A DNA stretch of 60,000 nucleotides from Schmidtea polychroa (Eukaryota): the NCBI GenBank assembly GCA_044892525.1, contig CM097885.1, positions 1,800,001-1,860,000 of the forward strand, in the 5' to 3' direction. Position 1 is the first letter of the stretch. Each line of letters opens with the position of its first letter. The position numbers and the translations under genes were made by a program. The notes beneath the pieces are model-generated. The model searched no databases, was not told the DNA's origin, and worked only from the letters and a program-made list of their open reading frames with translations. This document shows positions 31,048-44,427 of the stretch, one piece after another.

Positions 31048-34000
31048 TCAACAGTTACCAACAATCGGTTACTGATTATTTTTTAACTAGGTGCTAACAA
31101 ATACTTACAACATGATACCACGTACTAACTAACTCTCAAACAACCAAGTAAAAACAACCAAGTACCAACAATCAACTAAATATTCTTTATTGTATTTTAT
31201 GAATTGTTTTTTAAATTAATTTTTTATCTATCTTCAAAAATATGTTTAATTACAATCAGTAGAAAAACCTTTTCAAAATGTCTAAATTTAATAAAAATGT
31301 TTATTTTCATCAAAATGAATAATTGTCAACTCAACACCACGTGGAATTCAAAATAATTTAAATTACAATGAAAGACTAATGAATTCTAATTTACAAAACA
31401 TTCTTCTTTTAAATGATAACTACTGACTTATTATTGCAATGTAAAAATCGCATTCAATAAATACTTATTGTTGATCAGTTTTATTATATATACTTTGAGT
31501 TTATCTGACAGGATGTTTTGACCCCCCCCCCCCCCCTAAGGGTACAGGTCGTAATGGTACAGGTCGTAAGGGTATTAGTCGTAAAGGTACTAGTCGTAAG
31601 GATATTGGTAACACTCAACCCCCATCTACCAATTAACTAGTTACTAAGTACTAACAACCAGCTAGCAACTAAATACTAAACACTAACAACCACCATCAAC
31701 CAGATACTAAGCATTATCAACCTACAACTATATAACAACAATCAATAAACAACACTGTACCAACTACCAAATACAAGATACCAAGTACCAACAATCAACT
31801 AACAACACATAAAAATAATAGCAATTAAATAAAAAAATTATTCTTCATCGCATACACTATTTTCTTATCAAAATCTAAAAAGTCGACCAACTACTTACAA
31901 CCAACAACTATGTACTAACAAATTGATCTTTAAAAGCAAATACTCTTCACTTGAAAAATTAGATGGAAAATTAATTGAACTCAAGACATCAATAACTAGG
32001 TAAAAATTGATTAATTAATTGTAAAAATTTAAATTATTCAAAATAAATATCATAAAAATTAAATTAATGGACAAGAAAGAATTCTAGTCATTAATCATCC
32101 AGTAAATACTGATCATTCAAGTTAATATGAATCGACTAAGTTAATAAATAATATCTAATAGATAATTGATTTAGATTGAATAAATTAATTGAAATAAAAT
32201 TAATTTTAATTATTTTTTTGTAAAAGTAATACATGTACTCAAATTGATTGACTGATTTCTCAATATATTCAAAAAATCAGTAGAAATTCATTACAATTAT
32301 CAAAGTCAGCAATCTACAATAAAAATAATTATCATTAAATTCCAAAAGAGACTAGATAACTAATGATAACATCTAACAAACCAATAAATTCATTTAAATG
32401 ACAATAATTGGTATATTCAAGTGAATTCTCTAATAAAATCATCTAAAAAGAATCATTTCCCCTAAATATATCAATATTTAAAGATTGGTATCTTATCGAA
32501 AAGTACTTGTTAAAGATCATATGTTCACCTCAAACTAACAAGATTCCTTAAAATCCCCTTAAATGACTACATTTCTATCCTTAATTCATATTATTACAAA
32601 TATCATCTAAAAAGCATCAAATTTCATTGAAATAACACTATCCTTAAAGATTGATATTTTAATGATAAGTACCCTTAAAAGACTATATATTCCCCTCAGA
32701 TTAATAAGATTGCTTAAAATCCCCTTTAAATGACTATAATTCAAACTTTAATTCCTATTATCACTAATATTATAAAACATGTAAAATAATTTGATCATTA
32801 ACCCTAAATAATTTATAAAATCTAATGATAAAAGCAGTTATAATTAAATTTTTATTCTAAAAATAAATCACTCTATTTGAAATTTACAATAATTATTACT
32901 GTACAATATAACTGACTAGGTCCCATTGAAAGATTAAATTTATCCATTCAATAAAATATATTTCTTCAAATGATCATTTTTACCAATATTCAACCGATTT
33001 AATTACTAATTAAAATCAAGATTTCTTCCAATAAAGATAATTATTTCTCAACTTTTGTCATTCGCCGCCTAAATAAAGATAAAAATAATTTAAAGTTGAT
33101 ATCAATCCCAATTATCTGTAAAGATTTTATTGTCAAAACCAAGTAAATCGATCATTATCCCTACTTAATAAAACATTGTTCTAAAACATAAATCTAAATT
33201 AATATACAATGAATTAATCACAACCTAATAAAACGATATAATTTCACATTATTATTGATACATAACTGACTAATTGCAATTTCCTTAAAAACATTGATAT
33301 TTTACCAACATCACCCTTAAAAAATCATATATTCCCATCTTAACCGATCTTTCATTACATTTAACCGACTATATCCCCTTAAAAGATCATATTTTCCCCA
33401 TCTTAAACGATCTCTCACCAAATATTTCTACCCCTTTAAACATCTAACCGAATATATCCTTCAATTCTACCCACTTGAATCCTCCTTTAATTCAATTCAG
33501 TCTTAAAATCTTTAAAGAACTTCAAAAATATGACTTAATTGTTATAGACACCAAATATTCTTCCATTGAAATAATTTAGTAGCTATGTAGTAAGAGTTCA
33601 CTAAAAGATCAAAAATCAATATTTTCTACAAATATTTACCATCAAATACTGGAGATGATATATATTGATTGATCATAATTCTTCATCGATTCAGCCAATC
33701 ATTTTCAAGCAATAACAGCAAACTAAATTTCTTTATATCCTACAATAATTATCACGTAAATTTAAAGTCCCTGATAAAGTTAACTGGTTTCTTAGCTTAT
33801 GTTTTTAAAGATCATCAATGTGTAAATATTCTTAGAAAATTATTGAAAAAATTATTTATTCAAATATATTAAAAAGTTATCATCAAAAATTTATTCTATC
33901 ACTTAATTATTAACCTAATTGTCAATGAAATAAATTTTTATTTAAAAACTATTCAATAAAATACAACTAATTATCAAGAAATTAATTAAATTTAATTAAA

Positions 34001-36402
34001 TTTATCACCATTAAAACTTTTAATCAGTCAACATGAAATTCTTAGAAAATTATTCAATATCCTCATCAAAATTTATCCTACCACTTGATTATTGTACAAA
34101 CTCTAATTATTAGCCTCGTTAAAAATAAATTTTTATTTAAAATTAAAAAACAAGTCAATAAAAATACATTCAATTATCAAAAAATTAATTAAATTTACAT
34201 TAGAATTAGCATTAAATTACAGATATTCACAAAAATTACGGAAATTCATGAAAATAATGGAAATTCACAAAATAAAAATTCTCAAATAAATGTTAGATAT
34301 TAATTTATTAATCATTATATACTTTTTAAACTTATTATTGGAAAAAAAAGTAGAATGATATTGAAAATATATACAATTTAAAAATACAATTAAAATTAAA
34401 TTATATACTTTAAAAATTTGGTAAAATGTTGGTAAAATCCCGTTCACAGCTTGTTATGTAATAAACTAGTTTAAATTACATATCCTTCTCACTTATATTC
34501 CACCAATTCTCAATATTCCACAAATTATTATTTTATTTTTTATTAATTTTATGAATTTTATGAAATAATTTTAAATAAATTCAATTAATATATTTCCATT
34601 CTTATAAACCTTCTTTTTATCTATGCCACTTCTCAGTATTTACCTCTGATGATCCATTAATGAATTATTCTACCAATTATTTTCACCCATTTGAATTTAT
34701 CATCGAGTAATTTCCTCACTTTAATGAAGATTCTTACCACCTTCATTGTTAATTTTATCAAAGTTTAAAGAATAATTCTCTTTACATTGCTTACCACTTT
34801 AGAATTTTTATCGAAATTATGATAATTTTACTAATTCAATGAAAAATTTGAATGAGTTAATTAATATATATTCTGAGTTTATCCGACAAAATATTCTGTC
34901 CCCTTATGGGTATTGCTCACAAGGGTACTACTCACATTCAACAAGTCGCAAGGGTATTAGTCGTAAAGGTATTTAATGCTTTTATTTGAATGATTATTTA
35001 GACAAATTTGATGTTTAAGGTATTCATAATTTTTAGAGTTGATGGTTTTAGTAAATATTCAAGTAAATTTCTATCATTTTTGTGAATTTTTATCAATTTT
35101 GTGAATTTCCATTATTTTCATGAATTTCCGTAATTTTTGTGAATATCTGTAATTTAATGCTAATTCTAAGGTAAATTTAATTAATTTTTTGATAATTGAA
35201 TGTATTTTTATTGACTTGTTTTTTAATTTTAAATAAAAATTTATTTTTAATGAGGTTAATAATTAAAGTTTGTACAATAATCAAGTGGTAGGATAAATTT
35301 TGATGAGGATATTGAATAATTTTCTAAGAATTTCATGTTGACTGATTAAAAGTTTTAATGGTGATAAATTTAATTAAATTTAATTAATTTCTTGATAATT
35401 AGTTGTATTTTATTGAATAGTTTTTAAATAAAAATTTATTTCATTGACAATTAGGTTAATAATTAAGTGATAGAATAAATTTTTGATGATAACTTTGTAA
35501 TATATTTGAATAAATAATTTTTTCAATAATTTTCTAAGAATATTTACACATTGATGATCTTTAAAAACATAAGCTAAGAAACCAGTTAACTTTATCAGGG
35601 ACTTTAAATTTACGTGATAATTATTGTAGGATATAAAGAAATTTAGTTTGCTGTTATTGCTTGAAAATGATTGGCTGAATCGATGAAGAATTATGATCAA
35701 TCAATATATATCATCTCCAGTATTTGATGGTAAATATTTGTAGAAAATATTGATTTTTGATCTTTTAGTGAACTCTTACTACATAGCTACTAAATTATTT
35801 CAATGGAAGAATATTTGGTGTCTATAACAATTAAGTCATATTTTTGAAGTTCTTTAAAGATTTTAAGACTGAATTGAATTAAAGGAGGATTCAAGTGGGT
35901 AGAATTGAAGGATATATTCGGTTAGATGTTTAAAGGGGTAGAAATATTTGGTGAGAGATCGTTTAAGATTGGATATTGTTGGTTAGATTTAATGAGGGAT
36001 CGAATAAGATGGGGAAAATATGATCTTTTAAGGGGATATAGTCGGTTAAATGTAATGAAAGATCGGTTAAGATGGGAATATATGATTTTTTAAGGGTGAT
36101 GTTGGTAAAATATCAATGTTTTTTAAGGAAATTGCAATTAGTCAGTCATTAGTCTTTCATTGTAATTTAAATTATTTTGAATTCCACGTGGTGTTGAGTT
36201 GACAATTATTCATTTTTGATGAAAATAAAAATTTTTATTAAATTTAGACATTTTGAAAAGGTTTTTCTACTGATTGTAATTAAACATATTTTTGAAGATA
36301 GATAAAAAATTAATTTAAAAAACAATTCATAAAATACAATAAAGAATATTTAGTTGATTGTTGGTACTTGGTTGTTTTTACTTGGTTGTTTGAGAGTTAG
36401 TT

Positions 36403-38347
36403 AGTAGGTAGATAGTGGCCTACGGGAACAATTACCCCCCCCCGGGGGGGGGGGGGGGTTTGTTCCCAAATTTTTATTACGCAATTGTTCCCAACTCATT
36501 TTTTGCTTTCAGGGATTTTTGGTCCAAATTTTTTTTTATCACACTATAGTGAGGGGGTCTTGATGGTCCTGGGATTTTCAATACAAATTAAATTTTTCTA
36601 TACAAAAATCCGACTATCAATAAAAAAGTCAAGGATTATTCACACTATAGTGAGGGGGTCTCGATGGTCCTGGGATTTTCAATACAAAAAATTTTTTCTA
36701 TACAAAAATCCGACTACCACTAAAAAAGCCAAGGAATTTTCAGACTATAGTGAGGGGGTCTCGATGGTCCTGGGATTTTCAATACAAAAAATTTTTTTCA
36801 ATACAAAAATCCGACTACCACTAAAAAAGCCAAGGATTATTCACACTATAGTGAGGGGGTCTCGATGGTCCTGGGATTTTCAATACAAAAATTTTTTTTC
36901 AATACAAAAATCCAACTACCACTAAAAAAGCCAAGGATTATTCACACTATAGTGAGGTGAGTCTCCTTGGTCCTGGGATTTTCAATACGAAAAATTTTTT
37001 TCTATACAAAAATCCTACTATCAATAAAAAAGCCAAGGATTTATCACGCTATAGTGAGGTGAGTCTCCTTGGTCCTGAGAAATAGGTGGTCTACACTAAA
37101 AAACGTGGTAAATTTTTCAATTACAGTAAATTACGGTCCAAATTTTTCAATTAAAGTAAATAATGGTTCTAAAAATTAAATTAAAGTTAATTATGGCTCA
37201 AATTTTTCAAATAAGGTAATTATGGTTCTAAAAATTAAATTAAAGTTAATTATGGCTCAAATTTTTTAATTAAAGTAAATAATGGTTCTAAAAATTAAAT
37301 TAAAGTAAATTATGGTTCTAAAATATTAAATTACAGTAAATTATGGTCCAAATTTTTCAATTAAAGTAAATAATGGTTCTAAAAATTAAATTAAAGTAAA
37401 TTATGGTTCTAAAATATTAAATTACAGTAAATTATGGTCCAGATTTTTCAATTAAAGTAAATAATGGTTCTAAAAATTAAATTAAAGTTAATTATGGCTC
37501 AAATTTTTCAATTACAGTAAATAATGGTTCTAAAAATTAAATTAAAGTAAATTATGGTTCTAAAATATTAAATTACAGTAAATTATGGTCCAAATTTTTC
37601 AAATAAGGTAATTATGGTTCTAAAAATTAAATTAAAGTTAATTATGGCTCAAATTTTTCAAATAAGGTAATTATGGTTCTAAAAATTAAATTAAAGTTAA
37701 TTATGGCTCAAATTTTTTAATTAAAGTAAATTATGGTTCTAAAATATTAAATTACAGTAAATTATGGTCCAAATTTTTCAATTAAAGTAAATAATGGTTC
37801 TAAAAATTAAATTAAAGTAAATTATGGTTCTAAAATATTAAATTACAGTAAATTATGGTCCAGATTTTTCAATTAAAGTAAATAATGGTTCTAAAAATTA
37901 AATTAAAGTTAATTATGGCTCAAATTTTTCAATTACAGTAAATAATGGTTCTAAAAATTAAATTAAAGTAAATTAAGGTTCTAAAAAATTAAATTAAAGT
38001 TAATTAAGGTCTAAATTTAAAATTAAGTAATCAATGGTAAAAAATTTTAAATAAGTAATAATTTTTAAATAAGTAAATTAAAGTAATAATTTTTAAATAA
38101 GTAAATTAAAGTAATGTAATAAGTAAATTAAAGTAAGATTTTAAAATTTATTAACAAAAAGTTGAAGGTGTTTGAGAATTGAAATTTTTTAATGGAAATT
38201 TTTATGAAATATTTTTTTAAGTAATTTTTAATGGAAATTTTTATGAAATATTTTTCAATGATAATTTTAGATGGAAATTTTTAAGATAACTTTTAATGAA
38301 AATTTTTATGAAATATTTTTCAAAGTCAAATGAAAATTTTAACGAAA

Positions 38348-38378
<31 letters not shown>

Positions 38379-38392
38379 AAAAATAATAATAA

Positions 38393-38423
<31 letters not shown>

Positions 38424-38503
38424 ATATCGACCAAATACATAAAAATGAACTAGACACATAAAACACAAACAATTAACAAATGTAAAGATATAAAATTTAT
38501 TCA
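36403..38503 (+). repeat. Left TIR (2101 bp): terminal C/G hairpin, ~100-bp and ~30-bp tandem arrays
   Basis: Reverse complement of 51793-53479 apart from repeat copy number. Confidence 0.95.
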
Positions 38504-38509
38504 ATAAAA

Positions 38510-41500
38510 TTAGTCCTCATCGGACAAAATAACGTCATCGATATCGATGTCATCTTCTTCATTAAATTCTTCCTCATCTTCTCCAAAATCTTCATTTAAT
38601 TCTTCCTCATCTTCTCCATCATTTTCTCCATCATTTTCTCCATCATTTTCTGAAACATTTTCTGCAACAATTTCTCCAACATTTTCTCCAATATTTAATT
38701 CACTTAATCTTACATGCCCATATGCAAGACTAGCGTTTTTCCCCACCCAAACCCTTTTGTCATCTTTGTTTGTTAGTGCTATTTTTGTGTTTTTAATTGT
38801 AAAAATTTGATGATTTTTGCTTGTTATTTTAGTCTGAGGAACCGAAAAAATCTGGTTAGTGTTATAACAATCCAGGTATGACTGATGTTTTATGTCACTA
38901 CCTTTCAATGTTACACCTTTAGCCTTTTTTGTTTCCTCATCACCCAACAAGCTATAACATTTAGGTCTAAGAAAAACCCACTCCTTATATTTAAGACCTT
39001 TATTCTCGTCTTTGAACTTTCCAATGACTGAATCAAGGTTCTTACTATATAAGGAATGACAACTATTGTAATTGGAAGTATCTAATAAATTATCTCGAAT
39101 CATTGCAGGTAAAAGAACCTCAAGTTTGCAGTTAATGACTTCGAGGAAAAAAGAATCTGTATCACCTGCAACGATATTAATTTTACAATTAAACTCATTG
39201 CGAAATGATTCCAGATCCTTATATTGCAATTCATACATTCTAAGTTTAGATAGATCAAGTACAGATTGACCAATGTAACTCGGTCTATCTAAACATATAG
39301 AATCTGAATTCAATAGTGTTGCAATTAAATTATCAGCTATTTTAATAGATTTTTTAAAAGTCGGTTTTGACGAATATTTAACTAATTTACCGGCAGTTGT
39401 ACAAAGACGAAGATTCATTCTTCTCTTTAAATTTTCAACTGTTTTGCCGTATAAACTGTTATTTAGCAATTTATAATAATTTTTATCTAAGTTATTTACG
39501 CTTTTTGATCTTAATTCGGTATTTGTATCTATATATTTTTTAAAAATTGGTGATTGCTTAAATCTTACACCTCTATTTACACGTGTTACTTTAACACCAA
39601 GTTCTAAATATAATTTTAATAATCTCCAATGAATAACATAATTAGATTTTGGAAGATGAGTTAATAATAATTTTTCAACCTTAGACCCAGCAGGTTTCAT
39701 TTTTTCAGCAGCTACAGGGAAATCATCCAACTTATCATGAAGCTCAGAAGGAATTACAAGATCAACTTCAAGTGTGTATCCATAAGACAAAGATTCAAGA
39801 TTTAAATTCCTACATTCATCCATTATTTTATCAAATCCATCAAGAACCCAACAAAATTCGCCACAAGGTAATGATTGACTTAAAGCCCACCCATAAAGAT
39901 TATTAATATCTATATAAAGTAACTCGGTGTTCTCGTCGGTTTTTACGTAATGCTTATTCACAAAAGTAAGACCGCCTCTTATTCCACCCTCATAAAAGCT
40001 AAACATTTCGTTTTCAGTTATGAGTTCAATTGGTTCATTTAAAGACATTAATGCAGAAGACCAAGACATGCCTGGAATTCCGAAATAATTCAAAGGTTCT
40101 AATCTATTGTGAGCAATTGATTTCAACCTAAACTGATGAAAGAAATCAGCCAAAAGAAAACAATCAAGTTTTAGGTAGATCATCATATAATCTAATAAAG
40201 TTCTGCAATTAGATTCTACCCAAATCTCCTGAGCTTTTTCATACTCAAGCTCAGTGACACCCTCCCAGATTGGTGGTAATTCATACGTAGTTTGTAGAAC
40301 ATCTAAAGAAGTGGCGAAATTATAAGGGAAGATTCCTTTTTCACATACTATGGTGCCAGAAAAAGCAGAATTAGTAAAAGGCAAAGAATTCAAAGTTTTG
40401 ACTGCTTTAGCCAAAGAATCATTGACAAATTGATATGAATCAATGAATCTTATGCTAATTTTGCCTAAATGAGCAATCAAAGATATAAATTTTTCCGTAG
40501 TTATTGGGATGCACCCTAAATTCCAATTTTTAAATTTATTTAATCCATATTTAAGTATATGATGCATATCGTATCCCTTCAAGTTGTGAAATACGATAGG
40601 CAAAATTTTATTTATTTTTCTATTTACGTTACATGTGCTACAAGCTGCACCCAAGTATTTGCCCGTAAAATGATCGTGATCTCTAACAGGATCCACGATA
40701 GATTTCAAACAAAGATAACAAACCGTTGAATTAATGAATTGTTGTTGCTCATTTTTAGTTAATTTAATCATTGGTTTCCTACCCATTTTATAATAAAAAG
40801 GAAGAACCTTATTTAATGCTATATCCTCTATAGCACTTAAAAAACTCTCGACGCAATCTAAACCTATAAACTGTTGATAGGATTTAGATCCGTCAAAGTT
40901 ATTTACTAGTAAAAGACCAGCAGATATTGGCATGTGTCGCTGAAAATGAACATTATCAGAAGGTAAAATAGCCTCAAAATCGGCATAAACTACGAAAGGA
41001 GGAGTTACTGTTTTCGACCAGTCAGTAAACTGTAAGAATTTATTTTCAGGGAAAGTATAAAGAGTAGTTCCTAATTGATTGCGTTTGCATAATATTTCAT
41101 GTTTTTCTAGTGCGTTTCTATTGTTAAAACCATTCAAACAACGATGACACCATATTGATCGTATGCGTGTAGGACAACTAGTGTTTATGTGGCAATTCAG
41201 TAACCTATTTAAATTGCTTATAGCAATGTAATGGAAATTGTTCCCTTTATTTAATAATAGTAAATTAATTACTGTTCCATTTAAAACTTTGGAACGATGT
41301 ATAATGTCTAAATGGGGGTGTTTTAAAACGTAATTATCTGTTAATTGTTTGTTATTGTCATAAGAAAAAACATTAATTATTAAACCAGGATTTTTGGCCT
41401 CGAATTTTCTAATATCTTTTAATTTCATTGGTAAGTCTAATGGATTATATATTAACTCAGATAAATTATAACTGGATGTTCTATTTCTATATTGTTTAAT

Positions 41501-44013
41501 AACTTCATCATATTTTAAAATAGCTAAAATGCTATATAAAAAACACGAATCGTCGGTGTTTTTTACATTAATTAAGCATTTTTTATTTTTTAGACAAGTA
41601 GGTAGTTCAATGAAACTCCTACCACTTAATCTACTTAGCCTACTTATCTTTGTTATGGTGAAGTGAATTTCAGTTATTTTTTTTATGATCCAGCTACTTC
41701 CTAACTCTGTGATATTACTTATTTTCTCGTTTAGTTCTCTAATGCCTTCGTCAAAAAATGAGGCAGTTAAAGGTTTTGCGTAATTCGAAATATTATTAAC
41801 CTTTATTTCCCCGTCTTTTTCAAATTCGATTGTTATTCCGAATTGAATTTTGACGGAGCCTAATTCGTTAATAATATCTCGTAATTTTATAATTAATTGT
41901 TCTGGAAATATTATTTCCTTTATATTCAAGTTACTTGTATTTAGACTTAAAATTTGATGTGTACCCCTTAAATCTTTTTGTACTATGGGTACATTACCTC
42001 CTATTTGTACATTAGTAGTCGAAGAGTCGAGTGAAAGATTATCAAATTCATTATTGGGTTCGCCTACATCCCAAGAGTCGAGTGAAAGATTATCAAATTC
42101 ATTATTGGGTTCGCCTACATCCCAAGAGTCGAGCGAAAGATTATCAAATTCATTATTGGGTTCGCCTACATCCCAAGAGTCGAGTGAAAGATTATCAAAT
42201 TCATTATAGGATTCATCAACTAATCCGACCTGGGATTCAACAAAAGGCAATCCATCATTGGATTCAGCAAAAGACAATCCATCATCGGATTCAGCAAAAG
42301 ACAATCCATCATTGGATTCAGCAAAAGACAATCCAACATTGGATTCAGCAAAAGGCAATCCATCATTGGATTCAGCAAAAGACAATCCAACATTGGATTC
42401 AGCAAAAGGCAATCCATCATTGGATTCATCAACTAATCCGACCTGGGATTCAACAAATGTATTTAATTTAATTTTTTTATTAGTAGTATTTATTTCAATA
42501 GTTGAAGGACGTTTAAAAATAACATCTTTTTTAGAATTGAACCTATCTAAATGTTGTTTATGCTTATTATAAAAAACGCTATATGTTAAGGGCTCGCTAA
42601 TCTTACATATGGGGCATATAAAAAAAGTTTTATTATAGTATTTTTTAGAATAATAATTCTCCATTATAGAATGGCAATTATTATGTTCTTTCGACGAACA
42701 ATAATTTGGATAAAGTATACCTAAAATATATACATTTAAAAATTTGGCTAAAACATTTGATAAAAATAATACTATTAAAATTTTCTTATAATTTTGCATG
42801 TATGCATCCAATCAAAATTAATTATTTGCTATAAATGATAATTTAATGAAATAAATTTAACAAAAAATGTCTACTATAAATAGTATCCTATTAGAAGAAA
42901 ATAGTACATCAGTTATAGGTATGGTATGTAAACCTCCTATTCAATTCCTTCAATATAATATGTACTATTTGAAATATCCTATTACTTATTCGTTCAAGGT
43001 AATTTTTTATTTAATTATTTAATATTAATTTGTTATAGGAACCAGTTAATTTAAAAACATGTCAATTCAATATTCAAATTGGAGATATTGGGGAAGAAGA
43101 TAGAAAAAATCTTGGAGAAATTCTTAAATTAATTAATAAAGAAATGATTTTTAATGAAAAATTTACATTTATCAATTGTGAAAAAGGGTGTAAATTAGAC
43201 GAAGATAAAAAATCAAAAGTGCGAATACTTATTCAAGGAGTCAAGATAAATGGAGTTATAATTAAACCAATTTGGAAAATTACAAATGTTTTTGAATAAA
43301 TATTTAAGTGTTATTTTAAATGTTGTTGAAAAAAATTTTAAAGTTAATAAGTATTTAATAAGGGTCAGATTATTATTAAAGAGTACTGCATGCTCACTGC
43401 AGACTATTATGTAGCTACGTGCTCACTGTAGACTACATTATTATATTAAAGAGTACTGCATGCTCACTGCAGACTATTATGTAGCTACGTGCTCACTGTA
43501 GACTACATTATTATCATTATAAAAAAAATTTGCGAGGGATTTCCCCTTATTTCAAAATAAATATCATTAATAATAATTTCATTATAAAATATTATTTAAA
43601 AATGTTAATAATTTCATCATTATAAAAAAATTTTACGAGGGATTTCCCCTTATTTCAAAATAAATATCATTAAAAAATAACATTAATAATAATTTCATTA
43701 TAAAATATTATTTAAAAATGTTAATAATTTCATCATTATATAAAAAAAAAATTTTTACGAGGGATTTACCCTTATTTCATTATAAAATTTTATTTAAAAT
43801 ATTAGTAAAATATTAGATTATAAAAAATGAGTGAATTTCCTCTTAAGATCAAATAAAATTTTATTAAAAAATTATATAAAAATATCATTAATAATCATTA
43901 AAAAATATTAGTAATTTCATCTTATAAAATTTTATAAAAAATTGATAAAAATACTTACATTTGACATTTTTGTTCATAGTTTCATCCATTTCAGAATTTT
44001 TGTTCATTTTCAT
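38510..44013 (-). CDS. polB: Protein-primed family B DNA polymerase; predicted exons 43959-44013 and 38510-42720 (~1421 aa)
   Basis: Exo motifs VVYADFEA, FHNLKGYD, YLKLD; pol motifs YIDINNLYG, YKLLNNSLYGK, GDTDS, PKCY, KAKGV. The main ORF is certain; the upstream exon is predicted from a phase-matched GTAAGT donor and TTTTAG acceptor. Confidence 0.93.
42867..43299 (+). CDS. Unannotated 130-aa two-exon protein (42867-42998, 43039-43299); possible OB-fold ssDNA-binding protein
   Basis: AAAAAATG start, AAG|GTAATT..TTATAG|GAA 40-nt phase-0 intron, 87 open codons in exon 2, stop within AATAAA; function is inference. Confidence 0.7.
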
Positions 44014-44427
44014 AGTTTTTTAGTTTCAATCTTTTTTATCTAAAAAATAATTAAATTTTAATAATTAAAAAATAAAATTCTTACAATCCTTGGTACTAGC
44101 AAATTATGAGCAAATTTTAAAAACAAATCATTTATATACTTCTTCTTCTACTTAATACATTACGTAATAATTAAAGGATTAAATTTGATACCATGCGTAA
44201 TAATTAAAAGATTAAATAACTTACATAATAATTAAAGGATTAAATAACTTGCATAATAATTAAAGGATTTAATACCTTACATAATAATTAACTTAATTAA
44301 AGATTTAGTTTAATAATCAACTAAAATTTAAATTTTAATAATCAATTATATTGAATTAATAATCAACTAAAAATTTATTGAAATAATCAGCTAAAATTTA
44401 TTGAAAACAACTTTTTATTATAAAAAT

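Noticed and set aside
33669..35700. Matching short ORFs on opposite strands (33669-33872, 35410-35700)
   Set aside because: Mirror copies within inverted arms, TTG starts, differing stop positions, no motifs
41985..42572. Antisense and alternative-frame repetitive ORFs over pPolB
   Set aside because: Consequence of the 27- and 51-bp in-frame repeats
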